A stretch of DNA of 64,000 bases from Candidatus Melainabacteria bacterium 17Bon1m (GTDB lineage Bacteria > Cyanobacteriota > Vampirovibrionia > Obscuribacterales > Obscuribacteraceae), in contig JAVLKG010000003.1 of assembly GCA_032128875.1 (NCBI GenBank), positions 1 to 64,000 of the forward strand. Direction: 5' to 3'. The notes beneath the pieces are model-generated. The model was not told the origin of the DNA and did not search any database. It saw nothing but the letters and a program-made list of their open reading frames with translations. The position numbers and the translations under genes were made by a program. The stretch's first letter is position 1. Every line of letters starts with the position of its first letter. Below are positions 49,744 to 59,128 of this stretch, piece after piece.

Positions 49744-50808
49744 TCATGGTTTAGCCTTTGGCTGAGCCAGTTCGAGGGCGCGAGCAAGCTGCGCATCAAC
49801 CTTGGGAGTAACGCCTACCACGTAGTCGGGAGTCATCCCCACGCCGTGAATGCAGTCGCCCGCGGGCTGATACAGCTTGGCAAACGTCACCTGCATGGAG
49901 GTGTTGAACGGCAGGTCGATGTTGAGCTGCGCGATGCCCTTACCGAATGTCGTCATTCCAACGACCTTTGCGCGGCCATTGTCCTGCAGAGATCCGGCGA
50001 GCATCTCGGAAGCGGAAGCAGAGCCACCGTTGACCAGGATGAAGACAGGCTTCTTGCCGGTAAGGTTGCCGACCCGGGTGGGGTTCGACGTGACCGTACC
50101 GTTTTCCTTATCCTCAAGCGTAGTCTTGGTGACGGTCATCACCTCGAGGTACTGCTTGCCGTTCTTGTAGCCCTTCACCGTGGCGAACTCACCCTGGTCG
50201 AGGAACATACCGGTGATCGAGAAAGCCTGCGCCACGTAGCCACCACCGTTGTCCCGAAGGTCAATGATGTAGGACTTGGCACCAGCCTTGTTGAGCGCCT
50301 TGAGCGCAGCTTCGGTTTCCGAAGCAGCATTCTCGGAGCCGAACGTCGCGATCTTGAGGTATCCGACGCTCCCAATCATGCGGTAAGTGACGACATTGGT
50401 GGCCGCGGTTTGCGTGGCCTTGTGCTGAGTTGCGCCGTTGTTGCGGAAGTACGTGTAACCGTCCTTCAGCGTGTCGAGCATCTCATTGATCGCCTTTTCG
50501 GCATCGGCTTGAGTGGCGAGCTTGCCGTCGTATTTGTGCTCCCACTTGTCCCAGTCGCTGAGGCGATCTTGCCAGAGAAAGTCGTCCTTTGCGATTTGCC
50601 AAACCTTCCGGTAGAACTCTTCCGGAGTGGTTTGGGCCGCGGCGACGACGGGAGTTGCAACGGTTGGAGCCGGAGCAACGGTTTGAACTGGCGTGCTGTC
50701 GTTACGTCCCGGATTGAGTTGGTCGGCAGAGCCGCTACCAACTGCAAGACCGGACGTAAGAAGCACCGCCATCGCGATGATCGCGATGATGTTTCTGCGG
50801 TTTTTCAT
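49744..50808 (-). CDS. Secreted S41 (CtpA-like) protease lacking a PDZ domain
   Basis: Signal peptide, DLRDNGGG, SASASE, FGKG, G..PD; likely start ATG 50808. Confidence 0.9.
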   Translation of the reverse strand: MKNRRNIIAIIAMAVLLTSGLAVGSGSADQLNPGRNDSTPVQTVAPAPTVATPVVAAAQTTPEEFYRKVWQIAKDDFLWQDRLSDWDKWEHKYDGKLATQADAEKAINEMLDTLKDGYTYFRNNGATQHKATQTAATNVVTYRMIGSVGYLKIATFGSENAASETEAALKALNKAGAKSYIIDLRDNGGGYVAQAFSITGMFLDQGEFATVKGYKNGKQYLEVMTVTKTTLEDKENGTVTSNPTRVGNLTGKKPVFILVNGGSASASEMLAGSLQDNGRAKVVGMTTFGKGIAQLNIDLPFNTSMQVTFAKLYQPAGDCIHGVGMTPDYVVGVTPKVDAQLARALELAQPKAKP

Positions 50809-51186
50809 GACGTGTCTCTTTATTGGTTGCGGGCATTGGGTCCGCACTGCTGAAACGCAGCTACGGGCGGAACACCCTGGTTAGGGAAAAATCGCCGAAA
50901 AACAAGAGCGGTTTCGACCTCGCGCTGGCATAGGCGCTACGGAGGCGTGAAACAGCTGGTGTGCTCGAAGGTTTGGGGTTGTGACCCTGTTTTCCTGGAG
51001 TTGTTGGCGATGTGGAACGAAAAGTACCTAGAAACTACCTTTTCGGGAATTCTAAAGCAATCCTTAAGATAGTCCGGCGCCGCGAATTAATGCGACGAGC
51101 AATGTGAAGGTGACTTGTTTGGTATGAATTAGAAGCTTATGCTAAGCACTAGCGCGGATGCGGCACACCGAGGTATCAAATCGGTC

Positions 51187-51239
51187 GTGGGGGAGCCGCA
51201 TGCGGCTCCCGGACGGGGAAGCGCATGCGCTTGCCTTGC
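51187..51239. repeat. Degenerate REP doublet (reverse copy of the 39420 element)
   Basis: gtgggggagccgcatgcggctccc-ggac-ggggaagcgcatgcgcttgccttgc. Confidence 0.8.
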
Positions 51240-51255
51240 AAAACGGATTCAACTG

Positions 51256-52050
51256 TTACTCGAAAACACGCAATGAGTCTTCCATTGCGAGCTTTGCGCT
51301 AACTTGCGGATCTCTTCTTTTGATTATTAGCGGCGTTTGCAAGATGAACTCATGATCGCCTACTTTCTTCTGCCGGCCGCCCGGAACGACTACTGCATTT
51401 TCAGGTACCCGACCAAAATGTTCTTCACCGGACTGAATGTCGATGATAGGAGTGCGAGCTGTGATGATGGTTCCCGCACCTATGACCGCATTCTTTTCGA
51501 CAATGCATCCTTCATATAGCCCACAGCTTCCACCTACGAAAGCCCCGTCCTCAATGATTACTGGGGTGCTGTTAGGCGGTTCGAGCACGCCACCGATTAC
51601 GGTGCCGGCGCCAATATGAACGTTCTTACCTACCTGCGCACAGGACCCTACAAGCACCAGGGAATCAATCATTGAGCCTTCATCTACATATGCACCGATG
51701 TTGACGAAGCTGGGCGCCATGATTACAACTTTTGGTGCAATGTAGGAACCCTTACGTACTGAAGAATAGGGCACGATGCGATTTTGCGGTGCCGGCAACA
51801 CTTTGAGGGGGACTTTGTCGGCAAATGGACCTTCTTCCATTTTTTCTACTGGACGAAGGCGGAAATACAGAAGAATAGCCTTCTTCACCCAGGAATTCGC
51901 TTTCCATTCGTTGCCCACTTTTTCGGCGGTGCGAATTTTGCCCTGGTCAAGCGCTTCTATGACCTGCTCAACTATTTTTATGGCATCGGCGGGAGTTTCT
52001 TTTGCTTCGAAAAGCTCTTCTATCCTTTGTTCGAGATTGGTTGTTTGCAT
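51256..52050 (-). CDS. dapD: Tetrahydrodipicolinate N-succinyltransferase
   Basis: WVKKAILLYF, DKVPLK, VNIGAYVD, GSCAQVG, GGVLEP. Confidence 0.93.
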   Translation of the reverse strand: MQTTNLEQRIEELFEAKETPADAIKIVEQVIEALDQGKIRTAEKVGNEWKANSWVKKAILLYFRLRPVEKMEEGPFADKVPLKVLPAPQNRIVPYSSVRKGSYIAPKVVIMAPSFVNIGAYVDEGSMIDSLVLVGSCAQVGKNVHIGAGTVIGGVLEPPNSTPVIIEDGAFVGGSCGLYEGCIVEKNAVIGAGTIITARTPIIDIQSGEEHFGRVPENAVVVPGGRQKKVGDHEFILQTPLIIKRRDPQVSAKLAMEDSLRVFE

Positions 52051-52053
52051 GAC

Positions 52054-53274
52054 TTACTTCTTGTCCTCAAAATGTTTGACCAGGCGTTTGGCTGTTTCTG
52101 CAAGAACTGCAGTGCCGATCCAGAGTCCGCTCTCATCGAGGTCGAAGGTTGGGCTGTGGTGCAAGCGCGTGTCACCTTTGATCTCGCCGCCGAGGAACAT
52201 GAACGCTCCAGGAACCTTTTGCGCGAACATGGAGAAGTCTTCACTCCAAGTTTTTGGTTTAACAGTTATGACGTTTTCTGCGCCGATAAGGTCTATCGCA
52301 GCGCGCTTCATAATCTCGGCAATTTCCGGATCATTAACCGTAGTGGGATAGCCCATCTCATATTTGATCTCATAATCGCCGCCCAGCATGCGGGCTATCG
52401 AACAAGCCTTCTCGAGCTCTTCAACAATGTGTTTGCGCACGTCCTCGTTGAATGTTCTGAAGGTGCCTTCAAGAACTACTTCTTCAGAGATGACGTTGCC
52501 ACGGCTAGACGAACTATGAAAGGAGCCTATGGTGATAATCGCCGGATCGAGCGCAGACACGCGGCGCGAGATGATTTGCTGTACAGCTTGCACAACTTGC
52601 GCACCCAAAACGACGGCGTCGATTGTTGTCTCTGGGTAGGCGCCATGACCGCCGACACCTTTGATTTTGATTGTAAAACCATCGGCAGCGGCCATGACCG
52701 GCCCGGGCATAATGGCTACCTTGCCTGCTTCCAAACCTGCATCCATGTGCAGTCCAATTACAGCAGAGACGCCGTTTAAGGCATCGTCTTCAAGCATGCG
52801 ATAAGCACCGGATTTGCCTTCGTCGTCCCCGAATTCTTCGGCCGGCTGCATGAGCATGCGGATACGTCCGCCTGTTTCTTCAGTCGTCAAAATTTCAGCA
52901 GCAGCCAATCCGCACGAGATATGAGCATCGTGTCCGCATGCATGCATGACGCCTTTGTTCTTTGAGAGGTAGGAAGCCTTGTTGGTTTCTTCTATCGGCA
53001 GTCCATCCATGTCAGCTCTGACAGCAATGGTGACACCTGTGTTTTTCTTGTCGCCTTTGCTGAAATCCCCAACGACGCCAGTTTTCCCGACGCCTGTCTT
53101 AACACTGTAGCCAAGCTGAGCTAGCTTTTCAGCCGACAATTTTGCTGTTTCAAACTCATGAAAGCTCAGTTCGGGGTTGGCGTGGAGGTGTCTTCTCAGC
53201 TCCACAATCTGGGACTGCATTTTTTTCGCCTTTTCCAGAACGGAGGCGCTCGATGTTTTGGTTGAATTGCTCAT
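52054..53274 (-). CDS. M20D family amidohydrolase
   Basis: RRHLHANPELS, RADMD, MHACGHD, QPAEE, SEDF, HHSPTF. Confidence 0.93.
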   Translation of the reverse strand: MSNSTKTSSASVLEKAKKMQSQIVELRRHLHANPELSFHEFETAKLSAEKLAQLGYSVKTGVGKTGVVGDFSKGDKKNTGVTIAVRADMDGLPIEETNKASYLSKNKGVMHACGHDAHISCGLAAAEILTTEETGGRIRMLMQPAEEFGDDEGKSGAYRMLEDDALNGVSAVIGLHMDAGLEAGKVAIMPGPVMAAADGFTIKIKGVGGHGAYPETTIDAVVLGAQVVQAVQQIISRRVSALDPAIITIGSFHSSSSRGNVISEEVVLEGTFRTFNEDVRKHIVEELEKACSIARMLGGDYEIKYEMGYPTTVNDPEIAEIMKRAAIDLIGAENVITVKPKTWSEDFSMFAQKVPGAFMFLGGEIKGDTRLHHSPTFDLDESGLWIGTAVLAETAKRLVKHFEDKK

Positions 53275-53386
53275 AGAAATCTACTTTGAACTCTAAATTG
53301 ATGGATGTTTTTGGCGTGCCGAATTGATTTGGAGCCATTTTCAGGCTCGTGCAAAACGCACCTTGTAGGTCGTCAAACTGTGCTAG

Positions 53387-53572
53387 CTATGCGAAGAATT
53401 GCGGCTTGCCGCCGCCTCTATTTGTGGAGACGTTGTTCAGTGCTTCTTCTACGATTGTTGAGGCGATGCTGATGAAAGCCATGGCTAGTGCTGTCTTTTG
53501 CTCATCAGTAAATTCAGCGTTGTACTCGTCAGCGAATTTGGTGATGATGCGTTCTGCTTCGGATTTCAGCAT
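53387..53572 (-). CDS. Small hypothetical protein
   Basis: AAGGGAG RBS; 61 aa amphipathic helices. Confidence 0.65.
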   Translation of the reverse strand: MLKSEAERIITKFADEYNAEFTDEQKTALAMAFISIASTIVEEALNNVSTNRGGGKPQFFA

Positions 53573-53620
53573 GAGAATTCTCCCTTATATCTTGAATTCG
53601 CGGGGGATGGACACAAATTC

Positions 53621-53647
53621 AAAAGAGGGTTGAAAACACCCTCTTTT
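53621..53647. terminator. Intrinsic terminator
   Basis: aaaagagggt-tgaaaac-accctctttt. Confidence 0.7.
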
Positions 53648-53687
53648 AAGAAACGAGATGAAGTTTAGCGCGAAGTTCGGGCAGCTG

Positions 53688-54326
53688 TCAGATATTTGAA
53701 TATTCGGTGAAGCCGAGACTTCCGCCGAAGAAGAACAACTTGACTAATGCTGCGCATCCGAAGAATGTTTCGACAATGCTGTCCTTGGCGCTTCTGGCGA
53801 TTTTGGGCAGATTGGTGGAGAAGCGGCTGGCCATCTGCTCTTCGTCCATTTCGAGGTCGTCGAAATAGGCGACCCCGAGCTTCTTCAGTTGAATTTCCTC
53901 AAGCAGGTCTGAGAGCGATGCGTAATCGATACATTCGCGAATATCGGAGCGCTTTTCAGGCAGACCCCTGAAGCGTTCTTTCGGGCATTCCAAGGGCGAG
54001 CGGCGAACCACATCAACAGCCTCGATGCGTGAACGCGTGATATTTGCGGGTTTAGTAAAAACTGGCAGAGCCCCGGTGGCGTCTTGTCCGTCAAATCCGT
54101 TGCCGACTTTGAAACGATTGGTTTCTGCGACCTCGACTTCGTTGAGAACCTTGTTGCGCCATTCCATGCGCGTCATCTGTTCTCTGAGGAACGCCGGCGC
54201 CATGAAAGGCGTTCTGGCAGCGGTTTCTTTCTGGGAGGCGAGTTGCTCCAGCATCGAGTCTGCGTCAAATTCCAAATCCGATTCGAGAATCCCATGAGCA
54301 AGGCGAAACGAAGAAGGCGATTGCAT
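53688..54326 (-). CDS. Hypothetical protein
   Basis: GAGGGG RBS before ATG 54326; hydrophobic C-terminus. Confidence 0.65.
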   Translation of the reverse strand: MQSPSSFRLAHGILESDLEFDADSMLEQLASQKETAARTPFMAPAFLREQMTRMEWRNKVLNEVEVAETNRFKVGNGFDGQDATGALPVFTKPANITRSRIEAVDVVRRSPLECPKERFRGLPEKRSDIRECIDYASLSDLLEEIQLKKLGVAYFDDLEMDEEQMASRFSTNLPKIARSAKDSIVETFFGCAALVKLFFFGGSLGFTEYSNI

Positions 54327-54657
54327 AACATCCCCTCGAAAAAGTGTGTGTGAAAACTGTGGTTGCCCTTGTTTGATTGATGCCCGCTTGGCATTTTTGT
54401 CCAAACGGCTGACAACCGCGGCATTTTTTTGAGGGGTCTGTAAATGCTTATCTATAAGAGGTTTTGGGATTATGAGTTGGAAGGAAAAAAGTAGAATTAG
54501 TCAGAAAAACCTCAAATTTTTCTGACTGATTTTTACGACAACTATAAGAAACAGTAGAAAATGTCCGAAAATGGAGAAGAGAGGGTCGATGGTTGCATCT
54601 CGCCTCTCTTCTCGCTGTGTGGCGCACTATCGTTTGCTAACAAAGCTTGGTCCTCCC

Positions 54658-55446
54658 TCAACTGGCGCTTGGAAGCGACGTGGTTGGGCAGACCTGCTCT
54701 GTGATGGCGATGCGCACCTGATCGGTAACGGTCTCCGGAGTGAGCGGATTCAGATCGTGGATCCAAATCGGCTTGCCGACGGTCACGGTTGCTCCCTTGC
54801 GCCACTTGAAACCCATGGCTCCGTAAGGGCCATTTGCGGTTGCAGCGTGGCGTCCATGGAAGCAAATGTGAATCGGAACGATGCCCACCTTCTCCTTGTG
54901 GTCGAGCTTCTCGCATGCGCCGATGGCGATGAGAGCAGAGCCCTTCTTGAAGGGGAGGTACTCACCAGTGCCGCTGATCTTGCCTTCAGGGAAGATAACC
55001 AGGGGGTCACCGTTGAGAAGAACGTTGATAGCCGGCTCGAGAACCGTTTTGCCACGAGAACGATCGACTGCGAAGCAGCCGAAGGCGCCCATGACGACAG
55101 CCTTGAGGCCAGCAAGACCGCGCATCTCTTCGTAGGCGGTCATGTAACGGGGATACCGCTTCATGATCGAGAAGATGACGGGCGCGTCGAACATGCTCGA
55201 GTGGTTGGGGCAGAAGATGACCCGGCCTTGCGGCTTGAGGTTCTCTGCGCCAATGACACGAATCCGCCCAACCTGGATAAACATCCAGAACTTGGCAAGA
55301 TGCTTGCCGAGAAACTGGAGCGGGCGGAAAGTGTACGGGATGAAACCACTCGTCAAACACTGGTTCACATAGTCACGGAAGCGCTTCCGCCAGGTACCGA
55401 TGAAGCCCTTTATGACCTGTGAGCCTTGAATGAAGTGCTTTTTCAC
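54658..55446 (-). CDS. Lysophospholipid acyltransferase (PlsC family)
   Basis: NHSSMFD, VDR, IFPEG, PFKKG; AAGGAG RBS before GTG 55446. Confidence 0.92.
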   Translation of the reverse strand: MKKHFIQGSQVIKGFIGTWRKRFRDYVNQCLTSGFIPYTFRPLQFLGKHLAKFWMFIQVGRIRVIGAENLKPQGRVIFCPNHSSMFDAPVIFSIMKRYPRYMTAYEEMRGLAGLKAVVMGAFGCFAVDRSRGKTVLEPAINVLLNGDPLVIFPEGKISGTGEYLPFKKGSALIAIGACEKLDHKEKVGIVPIHICFHGRHAATANGPYGAMGFKWRKGATVTVGKPIWIHDLNPLTPETVTDQVRIAITEQVCPTTSLPSAS

Positions 55447-56286
55447 AGGCAGCTCCTTGAGCGCCCAGACAGGAAAGTCAGGCGCGGTTGGTAGTTTTTG
55501 TCGTGTCGAGAGGCCCGCTCGAACGTGCACGAAGCGCCGTAGGAACAGGTGAGGACACAGCGATGTGTTTCGAATGCTTCTTCCGAATCAGGCTGTAGGG
55601 TGGGCGCCGCGTATCGACTCAGCGATACGTGGTGAAGTCCCTACAAGGTCACGCGCAATACCAAGCAGATCCGACGGCTCTCTTCCCACCACCAGAAAAG
55701 GGGGAGAGAAGGGGACGAATAAACTTGGGATTAGGGTCTCTAGAGGAGATCGCGGGAAATGAAGTGGGAAACGGAAGTAACCGTAAGCTAACAAGTTTAA
55801 GAGCTGTAAAACAGGTCTAGCGCAACCACGCTATTCACTTTTTCTTTAGAATCCTGACAACTATCTATAGGCAAGCCATTTCGGCGCTTCGCTAGGTTTC
55901 AAAGTGTACCCCAAAATCCAAATTGTGGTGGGATGCTAAAGATGCCAAGCGGTGGGTTGTGCAGAGTTTATCTCTCGCGTAATCTCGGTCAGCGCTTGAA
56001 AACGGGCTCGATCTATCTCTCTCATCGGTCTCTAGGTTTTGGCTCTTATCACCGCTAGTGTCAGGACATCTGTTCTTCATTCTCGTTTTGGTTACTCCTA
56101 GCATCACACAAGCTCAAATAACCCTGTTTTAGTGCGAAACTATGTATTCTCGAGCCATGCGCAGAGAGCCGTAGTTACTCGCACTTGATGGTTTGTGTTG
56201 AAGTCAGGGTGCGCTAACTGGCGGGTCTCTTAAGCTCTCGCGAAGGGGACATAATCAAAACGGCAACAAGTGCCAGGAGGTTTCGA

Positions 56287-56979
56287 ATGTCAGGAAATTC
56301 CGGAATTGCCAGGCGTCTTTTCAAGTCGCTTGCGCTGTTCGTCCTGCGTTCGGAATCGCACAAGGCTAAGCAAGCCGAGGACAAAGCTCACCTGGAAGTG
56401 GAACGAAAGTTTCGCTTGTTTGATGGTGAGATTGACGAACTCGACTCGCGGCTGCCGAAGTGTGGTTTTCGACCGATCGGTGAGTTGACGATGACCGACA
56501 CTTTTCTGCCCGCTCTGAAAGACGAAGACATGATTCGAATTCGTGTTGAGTCCGAAGGTGAGCTGAGACGCCGCGTTCTAACCCTGAAAGATTGGGTGAT
56601 GATCGATGGCGAACGCGAAAGACGAGAGCAGGAAGGTGAAATCGGGCTGTTGGCGAGTTTGGTGCTGAGACTGGTCGGAAGATTGGTCGATGGCAAACCA
56701 CCTCTGTCATTCAGCAAGGTCCGCCGGTCTTACTCGTCCTCGCTGCCTGGCGCCGAGACTGCTTCGGATGTTCAGGTTGTCGTATCTGTTGACCGAGTGA
56801 CAGGACTTGGAGTCTACAGCGGCGCCTATCTCGAAGTGGAAATCATCGTCCCCGTAGGTGGAGACGTGAAATCCGCTCGCGAGAGAATTCGCGCTGAAGT
56901 CTTCGAGTTGCTTGGTGAACATCGTGATTTCGTTCCGCGGTCGTACCTCGACATGCTGAAGGAAGCAACGGTGGTGTAG
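56287..56979 (+). CDS. CYTH domain protein
   Basis: EVERKF, IRIR, LTLK, K.RRSY, YLEVE, SYLDM; AGGAGG RBS. Confidence 0.85.
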   Translation: MSGNSGIARRLFKSLALFVLRSESHKAKQAEDKAHLEVERKFRLFDGEIDELDSRLPKCGFRPIGELTMTDTFLPALKDEDMIRIRVESEGELRRRVLTLKDWVMIDGERERREQEGEIGLLASLVLRLVGRLVDGKPPLSFSKVRRSYSSSLPGAETASDVQVVVSVDRVTGLGVYSGAYLEVEIIVPVGGDVKSARERIRAEVFELLGEHRDFVPRSYLDMLKEATVV

Positions 56980-57126
56980 CCGAGTTGTTCATGTAACCAG
57001 GCGACACGTTGTCGCCGATATGCGGCGCTCTTCTCCTTTCGGAGAGGGCGCTTTTCTGTTGGCGACAATTCAGCCGCTAACCAAACCGGACCGGGGCTTT
57101 GCACGGTCCAAGAAGGAGTTAGAATC

Positions 57127-58671
57127 ATGAGTAAATCAACTGCAAAAACTGGTGGACGTGGTGACAAGCCCGGCGAAAAGCGCAGCACGCGCAAGTTCGA
57201 GCCGGTGTTCGAGGTCGTGGATCTCGACGACATGTCCGATGCTGAAATCACGTTCGGCGAAGAGTTCGACAAGCGCCTCATCGGTCAGCCCGAAGCGCGT
57301 CAGATCGCACTCGACGTTCGCGCGCGTCTTCGCAACCCGATGCGGAACAAGAAGCATCCGCTCGGCATTTACTACCTGGTCGGCAAGTCTCGTCGTGGTA
57401 AGTCGCTGCTGGCTCAGACGCTGGCCTACATGTTCCACGGCGACGAAGACGCGCTGACCCGCATCACGTCGGAAGACTACTACGACGACAGCCAGATGAT
57501 GGACCTGATCGGTGCGCCGCCGAAGTACGTCGGCTACCGCAAGCCGGTCGAGATGAAGGCACTGCTCGAAGATCCGGGTCGCCTGGCTCAGGTCGACGGC
57601 TACAGCAAGGTCACCGACTGGAACCGTATCCGCGTGCGGATGCATTCCGGCGAGGTGATCGACATCGTCGTGCTCGAGGAATTCTCCAAGTCTGGTCCGG
57701 ACTTCTTCAAGTTCTGGATGGAGGTCTTCGACAAGGGCAAGAAGGCGCTCGGCAACGGCGAGATGGCCAACTTCCAGAACACCGTCTTCATCCTGACCGA
57801 CAACCTCGCGATGGACAAGGTGGAGAAGGAAGAGAAGGGCGGCGGCATCGGCTTCATCCAGCGTCCGTCGAAGAAGCTGGCGCATGAGGAAGTGGTCGAC
57901 ATCGTCAAGGAAGCGATGACCAAGCGCTTCCCGCCGGAGTTCCGCAACCGCATCGACCAGGTGACCGTGTACCGCGAACTCGACCGGGATCAGACGATGC
58001 AGGTCGTCGACATCCAGGTCGCTCAGTTCCAGGACCGCATCATCGACCAGATGCCGCGCGGTGACGATTTCACGCTGCAGGTCGACCAGAGCGCCCGCGA
58101 GTTCTTGCTCAAGGAAGCCGAGGAAGACGTCGCCAACCTGAAGCGCACGATCATGAAGCACATGGAAGTGCCGATGGGTCGCATGCTGGATCGGGACAAC
58201 CCCAACAAGATCCTGGGCGGCGACCTGGTGCGTGTGACGTGGGACGGCAAGTCGAACCGGCTGTCGTTCGGCATCGCCCGTGGCGAAGGTGACACCGACG
58301 AGAACATCGAAGGCTTGAAGACCTTCCTCGGCGACACGCCGGCGAGCATGAAGGGCGTTGCTCTGCAGCGCCGCATCAGCAAGCTGCGTGGTGCCGTGAC
58401 GCGCGAGAACATCAAGGAGTGGACCGTCGTCATGAAGGCGGACACCCAGGATGACCTGGCGTCGGAAGTCGGTGCCATTCAGCACGAGCTGACCAACATC
58501 TATGGCCTGAAGATCTCCAACCTGCTCGTCGCATTCGAGGCGCCCTACCAGGCGACCTTCTATGTGCGCGGCTCGAAGGAGCAGATGGACATGGTGGCGG
58601 ATCAGTATCCGGAGCTGACCGTGAAGGAAATGACGCGCGCCCTCGTGCCGGTCGACCCGAAGAAGAGCTAA
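57127..58671 (+). CDS. ClpA/B-like protein with a single (D2-type) AAA+ domain
   Basis: IGQPEA, GKSRRGKS, LIGAPPKYVGY, VLEEFSK, FPPEFRNRID; AAGGAG RBS; true ATG is 57128 region per ORF track. Confidence 0.88.
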   Translation: MSKSTAKTGGRGDKPGEKRSTRKFEPVFEVVDLDDMSDAEITFGEEFDKRLIGQPEARQIALDVRARLRNPMRNKKHPLGIYYLVGKSRRGKSLLAQTLAYMFHGDEDALTRITSEDYYDDSQMMDLIGAPPKYVGYRKPVEMKALLEDPGRLAQVDGYSKVTDWNRIRVRMHSGEVIDIVVLEEFSKSGPDFFKFWMEVFDKGKKALGNGEMANFQNTVFILTDNLAMDKVEKEEKGGGIGFIQRPSKKLAHEEVVDIVKEAMTKRFPPEFRNRIDQVTVYRELDRDQTMQVVDIQVAQFQDRIIDQMPRGDDFTLQVDQSAREFLLKEAEEDVANLKRTIMKHMEVPMGRMLDRDNPNKILGGDLVRVTWDGKSNRLSFGIARGEGDTDENIEGLKTFLGDTPASMKGVALQRRISKLRGAVTRENIKEWTVVMKADTQDDLASEVGAIQHELTNIYGLKISNLLVAFEAPYQATFYVRGSKEQMDMVADQYPELTVKEMTRALVPVDPKKS

Positions 58672-58803
58672 ACGGCAGAACGCAAGTTCTTGCTATTGCT
58701 CCTCTACGGACAAACCACACGGAGGTTCGGTGCGATCTACCTTGCCCGCTGAAAGCAGTGGTCTGCTGGACTGCAAATCCAGCAGCCACTGCTGTGGAGT
58801 ACT

Positions 58804-58856
58804 GGAGGACCCTGGGTGATTCAGCTTGCTGATGACCCCGGGGCTCTCTTTTTTTT
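58804..58856 (+). terminator. Intrinsic terminator
   Basis: ggaggaccctgggt...accccggggctctc followed by a T-tract. Confidence 0.75.
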
Positions 58857-59128
58857 GCCACAAAATACTATAGCGTGAAGTAGAAAGCATTGGTAAGTGA
58901 GAATGAGATCGACGAGTCGCCAATTAACCTATGGTCGAAAAGTTTTTTTCTATCTACAGAACACGGTCTCTATCAGGCTCGCATCGATTTGAATGAGATT
59001 CAGGCGCAGTCTGCGGTCTGATAAATTTCCGATCTCGCGCTCAAAGAGTGTATTTTCTTTTTGTGGCGGGAAAAATTGATTAGAAGCCTCGTTGTTGCAC
59101 GCCCCTACGTTTTTCCAGGCTGTTTTTC

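Noticed and set aside
58715-58800. Complete tRNA-Cys gene
   Set aside because: No acceptor stem or T arm in the correct positions
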